Notes: a model not told the origin generated them from the sequence alone. A stretch of 45,328 nt of DNA from Naegleria gruberi (GCA_000004985.1 GG738941.1); one strand, 5' to 3'; counted from the first letter of the stretch, positions 24,501-33,541 are shown. Numbers and translations are program-made.

Positions 24501-26647
24501 TGAATAGTTATTTGACTACCAGAATCAGTAAATTTACCAATTTTCCCTGACATTGAAACATAATATGTGTCAGTTTCAGGAACATATGTAAGAGATGTAG
24601 CTAAAGGAGGTCTACCAACAGTACCAAGATAAGTGGATGTTTTAGAAGTAAAAGAATACTTGTAGACATCACCATCACACAAGTACACCAAATCTCCAAA
24701 CTTGTTAAACAAAATGGATATTGAAGGATAGCAATCTAAATTAGAAATAAATGTGGTGACATTTCTTGTTGCCAAATCAAAAGCAAAAACTGACTTGTCA
24801 GCTACTGCTGAAGCATAGATAACACCATTGGAATAGACGAAAGCAGAGGCTTTGAGTTCAGCCAAACCAAGAGGTCCATAGAGTGGGAAAAGATCAATAT
24901 CAGTACGTTTTTCACATTGAGAACCTCCATAACCACTGTCACATGCACAATTGTTTTGAGAAATACATTTTCCTTTTCCTGAACAAACTTTTGGATCAGA
25001 AAAAGCTAATCCATAACAAGTGTCATAAGCCTTTGAACAATCAGAGCCATAGTGAGCCTTATCACAATAACAAAAGTCCTGTGCAACACAGACACCATGT
25101 CCAGAACAAACACTCGAGTTGAAATTGTAAACTCCATTGCATTTGTGAACACAAGTTTCAACTCCCTTCAAATAAAAACACTCTCCACCACAACCCATGT
25201 TTGATACACACGGTTTGAGGAATTCACAATTATTTCCAATAAAACCAAAGGAACATGAACAATTATTTTGTGAGCTACATTCTCCTACACCTGAGCAAAC
25301 AGAAGCACTTGATGCACCAATAGAATTGCATGTGTGTTCGCATGTATCTTGTGCAATACACTTGACCTCGAATCCGTGCTCGCTACATGCTAGAGGATTT
25401 TTATGAGCAATGTTGGAACAGTTGAATGGAGCAATTTCGCACTCAGGTCCATCCCAATCACCCTCACATTCACATATATCCACATCAATACAAACACCAC
25501 GACCAGAGCAAGCATTACTAGAAGCATTCTTACCAAAACATGGAATAACTTCACAATTAATACCACTTGTTCCAGGCTTACACGCACAACCAACAGTTTC
25601 GTTTTGTGAGGTTCCATTTTGTGGTAAGAATTCACTACATTGACCAACACCAGAACAAACATGTGCATCCAATCTACTCAATCCATTACAAACAATATCA
25701 CATGTGGTGTGATTAATAAACGCTTGATTCATACAACCTGAAGGAGTCAACTTTCTTGTAGCACTTCCTTCAGCTACATAAATGTTACCAAATTGATCGA
25801 AATCCAAACTAATTGGAGAAGCATCAGCAGAAAGAGCAGGACCATCATTACCAGTAACTCCAATAGTGCCTGTACCAAATATACGAACCTCCTTTGAACC
25901 AACAAGTCTGAAAACACCATCATCAGTAATCAAGAAAATAACACCAGATGGAGAAACTCTAAAGTTGGTATATTTAGTAGAGCTCAAAGTTATGAAATCA
26001 GTAGCCGAAGAGACACTTTCATCTTTTCCCCATATCTTGATTTTGTTATCCAATAACATGTAGAATTTGTTGTTGAACAATTGCAACTTTGCATTTGAGG
26101 TTTGGCTTATAAAGATTTGAATGCATGAACTAGGATAGTTAACAGATGAACAGAAAGAACCTGTTCTTTTACCATTAATACCATCACCATCACGAATTTG
26201 AATGAAATAAAGAATGTCTGTTGTTGGATCATAAGTGATTGATCTGACAAAATCTGACATGGACCACTTGGAAGTTTCTACGAGAATAGTTCTTTGATAG
26301 TTATGCAGAGAGAAGAGGAAAACATCAGTTTGCCCAAGCTCAGGCATAACAATTACATCTCCATTCTTGTTGATAATAAACTGGTCAAAATTGAGATTAC
26401 TAACCGAACCAAGGCTAGAAATAGAGTTAGAGCCATCAAGTACCTTGAAAGAAGTACCATCGCTAATGACCATCTTTTGGTTCCATGGCAAAACTGAATT
26501 ACCATAGTCGCAAACCTTAGAAACTGTATAGTTGAAATAGCTTCCACACATGGTGGGGCTATCACAGACATATGCTTGAGATGTCGTTGTAGCAAAACAT
26601 GCCCACAACAACAAGCTCAACCACAAAACAAACTCTGCCTTGGCCAT
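21497..26647 (-). CDS. Large secreted multidomain protein: signal peptide; beta-propeller/NHL-like region 1 (~25740-26570); EGF array 1 (~24910-25740); beta-propeller-like region 2 (~24140-24910); EGF array 2 (~22940-24140); 4-Cys repeat region (21497-22940)
   Basis: A 5151-nt uninterrupted ORF with a true ATG at 26647 in 'aaaaaaaatagATGgcc' context. N-terminus MAKAEFVLWLSLLLWACFATTTSQA|YV is a classic signal peptide. Dozens of 6-Cys EGF units of the form C[FY]GIxxxxxxVCSG[HR]GxCxxxxxCxCxxGYxGxxC. Repeats such as DFDQFGNIYVAEG and DILDIFFYGNDLYFFD are NHL/YD-like. Confidence 0.85.
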   Translation of the reverse strand: MAKAEFVLWLSLLLWACFATTTSQAYVCDSPTMCGSYFNYTVSKVCDYGNSVLPWNQKMVISDGTSFKVLDGSNSISSLGSVSNLNFDQFIINKNGDVIVMPELGQTDVFLFSLHNYQRTILVETSKWSMSDFVRSITYDPTTDILYFIQIRDGDGINGKRTGSFCSSVNYPSSCIQIFISQTSNAKLQLFNNKFYMLLDNKIKIWGKDESVSSATDFITLSSTKYTNFRVSPSGVIFLITDDGVFRLVGSKEVRIFGTGTIGVTGNDGPALSADASPISLDFDQFGNIYVAEGSATRKLTPSGCMNQAFINHTTCDIVCNGLSRLDAHVCSGVGQCSEFLPQNGTSQNETVGCACKPGTSGINCEVIPCFGKNASSNACSGRGVCIDVDICECEGDWDGPECEIAPFNCSNIAHKNPLACSEHGFEVKCIAQDTCEHTCNSIGASSASVCSGVGECSSQNNCSCSFGFIGNNCEFLKPCVSNMGCGGECFYLKGVETCVHKCNGVYNFNSSVCSGHGVCVAQDFCYCDKAHYGSDCSKAYDTCYGLAFSDPKVCSGKGKCISQNNCACDSGYGGSQCEKRTDIDLFPLYGPLGLAELKASAFVYSNGVIYASAVADKSVFAFDLATRNVTTFISNLDCYPSISILFNKFGDLVYLCDGDVYKYSFTSKTSTYLGTVGRPPLATSLTYVPETDTYYVSMSGKIGKFTDSGSQITIQPESTDYALGFLRYFNGKLYHLNSDLYSWTPGQASGATLVAESCPGSYFRFNPAGELYTYGAQQISKFSGGSFSQVVFGGAGSDILDIFFYGNDLYFFDNKLKYINIAQLKGCVSETYIDQATCSLICEGVPAASYLSCNGGNCSRYTNVELNLELTQCSCLPGYSGYDCTEYSCYGNSSLSSAVCSGHGTCVKPDMCSCQDGYTGNMCQNYTCYGSAGCTMFGNDAKCIGPNTCEPICSKIPASNANVCSGEGTCVSMNNCSCHYGRYGVNCELSIPCVNTTCASSNYVCFYEHSKEVCLASCSGIPSTSTLVCSGNGVCTDKCYCNLGWKGSNCNVTEPVCFGISQSNSSVCSGSGNCTANNVCSCNEGAYGSECSDFSCFSILSNNASVCSGRGACVDNDDCSCNETWTGSNCEIPICDGIPSNNASVCNGTKMCIAPNTCVDQCNGISALDSKRVCSGRGKCTGYNTCTTCTNGYSGQYCEIQTPCSTLTCENNGTCFHYKDGSETCVCPLGFKGKTCERRLCETTSDCPIYGKKYCGTTRESEYDTTVTSYKWCREDTCWPNYASPCTDPNFPKCVDIDIYVTYKGRCVAECMQDSQCSSPTPKCKMSADGSYGKCVPECTSNENCTSIGKHYCSDGGCKMYSCANDTQCQSYGYSQCNNSICRNECLESKDCPVGSSKYFECGSDKTNIETYHRCLYKNCKSNADCDSPFTGTPKCDLTTFNCSSVSCSATSDCYPYHYSKCTNIGTCEVECTNHTNCKEFGFERCGSNPNNTAEYRKCVKSCVTGNTTQCDVCGEDRITCMKCASGYVWDGTECVVKCSSNSYCKTLDPEKPLCSSEGLCGYVACQYDFECTTNYALPKCTDGKCSIVCHSDSDCASQKTSPRCQTDPAVFLYGYCVEECSENGISDYCTKKNPLLPSCNSGKCGHLRGCWTDDSCQTLSNNNKYLTSCTSDPTGESYQKVCVPACFNNTDCEQRGIDKSTVGVYPTCEIQMQG

Positions 26648-27054
26648 CTATTTTTTTTCTTCAATCAAGTCACAAGTAGGGACGATGTTAAATCGAATCT
26701 ATACACAGCTAAAAACCCATCACCCTATCCATTCTTACTCTTCAGTTCCTTATTTGATTTTGTTTAATAAGGCCAACGCATATTAGAGAGGATCCATTAA
26801 CAACCTTAATTAACGTAACCAGAACAAACAAGTAGCTATTTGCTCAATAATTTCCATTCCTGTCCTTCAGTACGCAAAACAAGCTGCAACCCACAACATT
26901 TGATTTGGGTTCCCAATAGTTTTGTACAAAGACCATCACAGACTTCCTATTCACTACGCACAAACCCTAACAAAATGTTTGCTTCGGAATCTTGAACATT
27001 CATCATGAGCAGTAGTGTTTTATCAAAAAAATTTACGCAGTTTTATCAAAAAAA
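26648..27054. promoter_or_regulatory. Divergent intergenic/promoter region between the minus giant gene and the Sel1 gene
   Basis: 407 bp between two divergently oriented ATGs, both with A-rich -1..-8 contexts. No ORF support. Confidence 0.4.
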
Positions 27055-28494
27055 ATGATAAGAAGTCATCAAGAGATTGCCAATTCCGAAATCGACGAGG
27101 AGCAATTAAATTCTGATCAGACCAATGATGATAATGATCCGAAAGTACAACCAAAGAGTAAAAAAATTATTCGTGTTGATATTCGTTCTTCCGATGGTAC
27201 ATCCTATCATTCCCTAGGTTGTAAGTGTAAAGATGAAAAGGATTATGGGAAAGCCTTTGAATGGTTTACGAAAGGTGCTGAGCAGGGGTGTGCGGAATCA
27301 ACATATAAAATTGGATACTTTTATGCGAATGGATTGGAAGTGGATACAGATTATTCGAAAGCTATGGAATGGTATTTGAAGGCTGCTGAAATGGGGTTTA
27401 CTAAACCAATAGTTCAAATTGGATATTTATATTTCTTTGGAAAAGGAGTTGAACAGGATTATGTGGAAGCTTTAAAGTGGTTTTTAAAAGCTGTCGAAAA
27501 GGGAAGTGCGGAAGCATACGTTAGTATGGGAAATTTATATTCTAAAGGAACAGGAGTGGAACGAGATCTCTCTAAAGCTATGGAATGGTATTTGAAGGCT
27601 GCAGAAAATGGTTGTTCAACAGCACAATTTAATATTGGGCGGTCTTATTATTTCGGTTTTGGAGTGGAAAGAAATTATTCGAAAGCGGTAGAATGGTATT
27701 TAAAAGCTGCTGAAAATGGAAATACATCTGCACAATTTAAAGTTGGATTTTTATTTGAAACGGGAAAGGGAATTGAGAAGAATTTCAAAAAAGAAGTGTT
27801 TTGGAAATCAAAATATTTTAATACTGATAATTTTACGTTTATTGAAGATCCTTACGATCAATTTGCAATTCAAAATTTTACACCAGCAGGGCTTTGTGAC
27901 GAAAAGGAAATTGAAGAGGATTCAATAATGGAAGAAGTAATTATTCGATTTGAAGAGAGAGATTTTACAATCGTACACAAATATTTGAAATCATGTAAAT
28001 ATTTAACAACAATGATGAATTCAAATTGGAAAGATTTTAATCTAAAAGAACAGAATTGTATAGTACTTGATTTGAGATCTGTTCAAAATCAAATATTTCA
28101 AACTCAAGAAAACACCAATCACATCCAAATATTTGAGAATTATGTGGAATATTTAACCAATAATGCCATACCAAATGATTTTGATATGAAATTGAAATTA
28201 ATAGAACTATCGAAATATTTACAAGATGATTCATGTATTTTGAAAATAGTTAATCAATCGAGTATTCTAATGAGACTATATTTTCTTTTCAAGTTTGAAA
28301 ATATTGAACCAGTTCATCTTGCAATTGCTAGCTGCTTTGTAATGGGTGATTTATTTACAACAATGAATGATCTTTCACCAAATAGTATTGAAACCTTGTT
28401 GAATGAAATTGAATTATCACCAATGGGAAAGAAGAAGATTTTGGATGTTCTAGTCAATAATAAGTTTCCAAACTCTGTAATATTCAGTAAGTAA
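27055..28494 (+). CDS. Sel1-like repeat (SLR/TPR-like) protein with a C-terminal BTB/POZ-like segment; the annotated stop is probably inside an intron donor
   Basis: ATG in 'caaaaaaaATGata' context. At least 5 tandem ~36-aa Sel1 repeats (KAMEWYLKAAEMG...IGYLYFFGKGVEQDYVEALKWF...). The downstream segment EVIIRFEERDFTIVHKYLKSCKYLTTMMNS resembles a BTB fold. The stop TAA 28492-94 lies within AG|GTAAGTAA. Confidence 0.8.
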   Translation: MIRSHQEIANSEIDEEQLNSDQTNDDNDPKVQPKSKKIIRVDIRSSDGTSYHSLGCKCKDEKDYGKAFEWFTKGAEQGCAESTYKIGYFYANGLEVDTDYSKAMEWYLKAAEMGFTKPIVQIGYLYFFGKGVEQDYVEALKWFLKAVEKGSAEAYVSMGNLYSKGTGVERDLSKAMEWYLKAAENGCSTAQFNIGRSYYFGFGVERNYSKAVEWYLKAAENGNTSAQFKVGFLFETGKGIEKNFKKEVFWKSKYFNTDNFTFIEDPYDQFAIQNFTPAGLCDEKEIEEDSIMEEVIIRFEERDFTIVHKYLKSCKYLTTMMNSNWKDFNLKEQNCIVLDLRSVQNQIFQTQENTNHIQIFENYVEYLTNNAIPNDFDMKLKLIELSKYLQDDSCILKIVNQSSILMRLYFLFKFENIEPVHLAIASCFVMGDLFTTMNDLSPNSIETLLNEIELSPMGKKKILDVLVNNKFPNSVIFSK

Positions 28495-28558
28495 CTCAAA
28501 AATAATTGAATATTAATATGGGCAGACAACAATAATATTGTGCACATTGAATTGACAG

Positions 28559-28830
28559 CAGCTTACAAACCAAAGACTATTTCATTCAAGAATGAAACTG
28601 TGAGTTTTACTCTGAGACGTTTCACAGCAGACGAAAGGGCCAGATACAATATTACAAGTTCGCACGACATTGAATTTTTGGGAAAGAAGATTTATGTTCA
28701 ATTAAACAGGGCAAAGGACAACATTGGATTTTGGTTGGATAATAATAACAAATTTGAAAACAAAACCATTATCAGATTACCCATTGTTAATTTTGAAACT
28801 ATCGATTTAGTTATTTTTATTGAATCATAA
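28559..28830 (+). CDS. Putative 3' exon of the Sel1/BTB gene, giving a model 27055..28486 + 28559..28830 with a 72-nt intron
   Basis: The ORF-track entry 28540..28830 starts on GTG and has no in-frame ATG. Donor GTAAGT at 28487 (phase 1) and acceptor ttgacAG at 28557-58 join in frame (...NSVIFS|TAYKPKTISFK...). The intron is AT-rich and carries an in-frame TAA. Confidence 0.4.
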
Positions 28831-28843
28831 TTTAATTGTATTA

Positions 28844-30238
28844 CTAGATCAAAATTTTCTTGAGAGAGGGAATCTTTGATTGAAGAACTTCAATTGGATC
28901 AATGAAGATGATTAAATTGTCTCTAATACTTATTATTTCAAGATTAGATAGTATTGAACTATTCGCAAAATCAATAATTCCCGTGTCAGATAAATTATTA
29001 TAATCCAAATTTAAACTTGTCAAATTTGATAAATAGATACTCGATGAAATGAGTTGTAAATGGCCATCGTTGAGAGAGGTACTGCTAAGATCTAGGTGCT
29101 TCAATGATTTAATATTAATCATCTCGAATAATTCCAAGCTAAATGTTGATCTTGAAAGAATAAGTGTCTCAATATTCGCGTTAGGAGTGGCCTTTTCATA
29201 TATGTCGAGTAGGAAATCAGCAGGACTAATTGAAAGTTTTCTAAGATTTGATAACTGCTTGCTATTAAGTATAGTTGACATTCCTGAAAGTGATATGTTA
29301 TTGTTCTCCAATGCTAGTTCCTTCAGATTGGTAAGGCTACTACCAGCAGACAATATAATACAGTCCCAAGCCATTCGGCAGGTAGAGGACAAATTCAAAT
29401 AAATCAACTTGGTCATATGTTCACTATTTGAAAGAGAGGTCAAAACCTCCGAATTAATACAAGACCCTTTCAAATTTAAATATTTCACATTTGAAAAGAT
29501 GGCATTGTTTAGCAGTTTGAAAACAGCGCTAGATTCTTCCATTCCCATAATAAATTCCTTTTGAGGAAAGCAATGCGTGATTGTGACTTTTTCTAGTTGT
29601 TTCACAAGTGATTTTTCATGAATATTTTGATCATTTTGAATTCCTGCAATAATTGACTTATTAATTTCCAAACTTGTCAAGTCTCTGAATATTTCATTAT
29701 TTAAGGTAGGAACAAAGTGCTTTCCAAACTCACAATTATCAAATACAAGTGATGTAATACCTCCCGAGTAATTTTTAAAAATTGAAAGACATTTTGAGAA
29801 TATAGCATCATCAATACCACTCATGATAACTGTTTTCAAATTTGTGCCACCCAACACATTGTCTTTCAGTAATGCTTTGATATCTTTTGCACGTAAAACG
29901 AGAGAGCTCACTCCTGAAAAGTATCCCTTCTTGAAACAGTTCATGAATGATTTCAAAGATTGACTGTCATATCTGCTCCTATAACTAGCATACGGTGAAT
30001 CGACAACATCAGAATCTTCCATAAAGTCTGGAAAATTCAACTCGTAATTTCTCAAACCATTGCAAATAAATTCATTAATATTTCTATTGATCAACCTTCC
30101 GATCCTATGCAACCAAACAATATCAAAACACGACAAGACATGTTCAAGTAATAACTCTTCTAAAAAGGCAATAGCTTGAAAAGGCTTTTCTGGAGGAATT
30201 TCAGAGAAGAAACAATGATACGATTCTCCAAAATACAT
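28844..30238 (-). CDS. F-box-like / leucine-rich-repeat (RNI-type) protein, 464 aa
   Basis: ORF 28844..30259 in the track, but its 'M' at 30259 is TTG. The first ATG is at 30238-30236 in 'aaaaacATGtat' context. N-terminal IPPEKPFQAIAFLEELLLEHVLSCFDIVWL is F-box-like. The C-terminal half has LRRs (LTSLNLDYNNLSDTGIIDF, LKHLDLSSTSLNDGHLQL). Confidence 0.7.
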   Translation of the reverse strand: MYFGESYHCFFSEIPPEKPFQAIAFLEELLLEHVLSCFDIVWLHRIGRLINRNINEFICNGLRNYELNFPDFMEDSDVVDSPYASYRSRYDSQSLKSFMNCFKKGYFSGVSSLVLRAKDIKALLKDNVLGGTNLKTVIMSGIDDAIFSKCLSIFKNYSGGITSLVFDNCEFGKHFVPTLNNEIFRDLTSLEINKSIIAGIQNDQNIHEKSLVKQLEKVTITHCFPQKEFIMGMEESSAVFKLLNNAIFSNVKYLNLKGSCINSEVLTSLSNSEHMTKLIYLNLSSTCRMAWDCIILSAGSSLTNLKELALENNNISLSGMSTILNSKQLSNLRKLSISPADFLLDIYEKATPNANIETLILSRSTFSLELFEMINIKSLKHLDLSSTSLNDGHLQLISSSIYLSNLTSLNLDYNNLSDTGIIDFANSSILSNLEIISIRDNLIIFIDPIEVLQSKIPSLKKILI

Positions 30239-30590
30239 GTTTTTCTCCTTGAATTTCAAGTTTCATATGGAGGAGTATTAACAACAAAATAGAGTTCAAC
30301 GATCAAGTGCTGATGATGATGAATGACGTTGCAAGATGCGTCATCACGGTATTTTTTTTAAAATATTAAATATTAAATTAATCAAAATTTAAATATTTGT
30401 TTATTAATTTAAAATACTAGCAATAGTACCCATGATAGACCCATATAATTTGAAATATTTCAAATTCTCGAACCATACCAACTCAAATTATTTCGGAAGA
30501 ATCCTCTATAATAGATGCGATGCAACAACGATTTTTTAACCACCTCTCAAACCGATTGTAGTTCAGCAATCCTTAAAACACAACAAAAAA
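30239..30590. promoter_or_regulatory. Divergent promoter region between the F-box/LRR gene (minus) and the C2 gene (plus)
   Basis: 352-bp AT-rich spacer between divergent starts, with A-runs immediately 5' of both ATGs. Confidence 0.35.
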
Positions 30591-31778
30591 ATGTCTTCTT
30601 CACCACCATCATACACCCTCAGTTTGAAAATTCATTCAGGATTTAATTTACCAAAGACTGACCTTCTTTCAGGAATTGATGCTTATTGTGTGATTCATGT
30701 TCCATTGTTGGGAGGAAAAATTGAAAAATTTAAAACCAAGTCTATAGATAATAATCCAAATCCCGAATGGAAGTTTGCCTTCTTTATTACTAATGTTGAT
30801 TCATCAAAGGATATTTTCGTGGAAGTGTGGGATAAGGATACTTTTAGTAAGGATGATCTTGTTTGTAGGGCTTATTTGCCATCAGCTCTTTTATTGAAGG
30901 AAACGTTTTGGGATCAAAAGAAGTTTGTTTTGGAATGTTTAGGAAAGAACAAGCCATACAAGGCAAAGGAATGTGGAATTGTTGTCTCTGCCATCCCACA
31001 AGTTTCATTCTCTGAATTAGTTGCTCGAGTTAAAACTCCTACAAAATATGTTGATGAAAATAAGATGGTTCTTGTCCATCAATTAACTGGTATCTTTAAT
31101 GACTCACTCTACTTGAAAGTCTCAGTTAATAAGAAGTTTAACATTTCAATTTTCGATACAAGTAAGGATCCAAATAGATTGACTATTTTCGAAGTGGAGG
31201 GAAGAAATATCGGATCAAGAATTTACAAATATAAGGTTCCAAGAACAAAGTATGGAATTACATTCTCAAAGAAGATTAGGTTGAAGAGATGCGATCCTTA
31301 CTCTCTTGTTAACTTGAAGCTATCACTAGGTGATTTGAAATTGGACGAATCAAAGATTGTAAACACACTTGTTCAAGAACATGGATGGTTTGGATTCCTT
31401 TCTTTTGAAGATGCTTGTGCAAAACTCAAAAACATTTCAATAGATAAGGAAAGAAAGAGAATTTACATGAATGAATTTCTCTACTCATACATGGTTGATT
31501 ATGATTCCAAAAACTTTGATCAAAAGGTTTTCCTGAGAGAAGAGGCAGCTAAACAAGGCCACCACTTGGAATTCATTTTTGTAGATGGTGATAATTTTCA
31601 AATAACAAGTTATAATGAACAACCAATCACTTTGAAATGTTCTGAGGAAAAGTTTAAGTATACATCTAAGGTTAACGATTTAGAATATGGTACATCATTC
31701 TATCAATTCAAAATCAATACTTACAAGAAGGAAAACCATAAATTGTTCAATCTTGGAGAAAATTATCTCAAGTTGTAA
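30591..31778 (+). CDS. C2-domain protein (395 aa) with a possible SH2-like segment in the C-terminal half
   Basis: ATG in 'caacaaaaaaATGtct' context. The N-terminal ~110 aa match C2 domain features (LSLKIHSGFNLPKTDLLSGIDAYCVIHV...NPNPEWKFAFFI...IFVEVWDKDTFSKDDLVCRAYLP). WFGFLSFEDACAKLKN is a weak match to the SH2 N-terminal W[FY]xGxLSRxEAExLL. Confidence 0.8.
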   Translation: MSSSPPSYTLSLKIHSGFNLPKTDLLSGIDAYCVIHVPLLGGKIEKFKTKSIDNNPNPEWKFAFFITNVDSSKDIFVEVWDKDTFSKDDLVCRAYLPSALLLKETFWDQKKFVLECLGKNKPYKAKECGIVVSAIPQVSFSELVARVKTPTKYVDENKMVLVHQLTGIFNDSLYLKVSVNKKFNISIFDTSKDPNRLTIFEVEGRNIGSRIYKYKVPRTKYGITFSKKIRLKRCDPYSLVNLKLSLGDLKLDESKIVNTLVQEHGWFGFLSFEDACAKLKNISIDKERKRIYMNEFLYSYMVDYDSKNFDQKVFLREEAAKQGHHLEFIFVDGDNFQITSYNEQPITLKCSEEKFKYTSKVNDLEYGTSFYQFKINTYKKENHKLFNLGENYLKL

Positions 31779-33422
31779 ATAAATTAAAATAAATATTTTT
31801 CAAAACTTATTATTTTAAATTGTGTAAAAAATAGGACGAGATGAATTGTGGAAGCAATTGATGGAGTTATGGAAAATAATTTTGTGTGGATGTGGAGATG
31901 AGGATAGGCATGAGGATGGTTTTGATGGATGAGTGTATTGGAAAGTGAATTGAGGAGATTGAAGACAATTTTTAAATTTTGAAAATTGTAATTATTACTT
32001 GATGGAATGATAACATCTTTTATGATGGAATAGGATGATTAGATGATATTCAAGTGTATCCGAGGTTATTATTGCAACAAGATTTCCATCAAAATTATAA
32101 TTTCATTATTTTCTTCATCATGTTACATAATTTAAATTCATCACCGGATATCAAAATGTTGCTAATCATCGATAGTATCATTGTGGAAAGTCTCATCTTG
32201 TCTCTATGAATCTAAATAGAGTTTGAGAAGAAAGTAAAATTCACCATCAAACAATGCAGCAACAATTAGTAGTCAATCATTGAACAATAATAATTTATAA
32301 TCACTATTTTGATGTGAATTAAACAAGAGGAGAGCATGTTGAATTTTTACCCTTTCTTCTAATATTAAATTCTCATGATGGTGATGAAGAATAATTATCC
32401 AAACATGATAAATTGCATTGAGTGTTGGTATAGAACATTTCCATTCAATCATTCATCTTCATATTGAATATCCATGGAAATAATAAATAATTTCTATCAG
32501 GACATATGTTTTTGTTGGTGAATTAATTCTTTTGCTTTCTGTGATGAAAAAATTATTGACGAGTTTTTGATTGCAAGAAAAGTGATGAGTGAAATTTGAT
32601 GAAAAAATTAGTTGAAAAATATTGAGAAAAATTTCATCACTTTTAATAATTTACATCATTGATGATTCACAAAGGCAATTCTTCATAAATTCAAAAACCA
32701 TTTTCAACACAACATGATTGGATTATATAGAGTGTATATGAATTGATTTTATTGGATTTTACAATGAAATACAAATTTTAAAAGGTAATGATTAAATTGA
32801 TGGAAAATTTTGTTAAAGTGGAAAATTAAAAGTCACATCATCTATTAGTATTCAACATGAATATAACAATCAAATAGATGCAATTGTTTTTCAGCAAGAA
32901 TATTTTCATCAATTTATTAATTTTAATATTTTCATCATGAAGAACATTATTCACAACAAGAAGAATATTATTAACATGTTCTAAATCATTACTAGTATCA
33001 CCTCAGAAACTTTCAAAACTTTCCATCCAGCGTTGATGAAGAGTTGGAAGATGAAAGTATTCAGCTTAGAGTGAAAAACATCATTTGGAAAACTTGTTCA
33101 ATTTGAAGAGGAGGTACAAGATTTGTTATTGTATCACATCAGAAAATGTATTTTGACAATGTTTTTCGAATAATTTGTAATGATGGTCAAGTTGAATTTT
33201 TACATGCTTCCTAACATTAACTGTTCATCATCTACTTGATCAATCTTCATCACGACAATAATAAATACATCTATAGGATGTTATCTAACATTACAATTCA
33301 TCTTGTTGTTTCACTTTAAAAGATTGTCAAGAAATTCAACAAGTCTCACACCCAATAAGATGCCACCAGCAAACCTTTCCAGACTTTTTATTATTTATAT
33401 TTGAAATTTTTAGATATTGAAT

Positions 33423-33541
33423 GGCTACGGCCATATCACGATGAATGCACCTCATCCCGTCCGATTTGAGAAGTTAAGCATCGTCGAGCCACATCAGTAC
33501 TGAGGTTGGAGACAACTTGGGAACCTGTGGTGCTGTAGTCT
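33423..33541 (+). rRNA. 5S ribosomal RNA gene (~119 nt)
   Basis: GGCTACGGCCATATCAC...CCCGTCCGATTTGAGAAGTTAAGCATCGTCGAGCC...AGTACTGAGGTTGGAGACAACTTGGGAACCTGTGGTGCTGTAGTC aligns position by position with eukaryotic 5S consensus (CTACGGCCA, CCGTC-GAT, GAAG--AAGCA, GTCG-GCC, AGTACT, TGGGAGAC, TGGGAA, GGTG-TGTAG). The 5' GGCUACGGC pairs with the 3' GCUGUAGUC to form helix I, with two G-U pairs. Confidence 0.9.

Noticed and set aside
21643-26595. About 20 short ORFs (60-150 aa) on the opposite strand or in other frames inside the two giant genes (for example 22020..22223 and 23023..23472; and 37644..38189, 42294..42887 and 43962..44576 within the plus gene)
   Set aside because: They are antisense or off-frame to long, repeat-structured, signal-peptide-bearing ORFs. 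They have low-complexity hydrophobic translations and no start context.
28540-28830. ORF 28540..28830 as an independent 96-aa gene
   Set aside because: It starts on GTG and has no in-frame ATG. It is better explained as a spliced 3' exon of the upstream Sel1 gene.
30239-30259. Track start of the F-box/LRR ORF at 30259
   Set aside because: The 'M' is a TTG codon, and a stop lies 2 codons upstream. The first real ATG is 30238.
30300-30362. Hairpin plus T8 run (gatgaatgacg...cgtcatcac ggtatttttttt) as a terminator or ncRNA 3' end
   Set aside because: The stem is only ~6 bp. It lies in a divergent promoter where A/T runs are common, and there is no upstream RNA gene signature.
31800-33400. C/D-box snoRNA cluster, suggested by the many UGAUGA C-box-like motifs
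   Set aside because: There are no CUGA D boxes or terminal stems at the expected 60-90 nt spacing on either strand.
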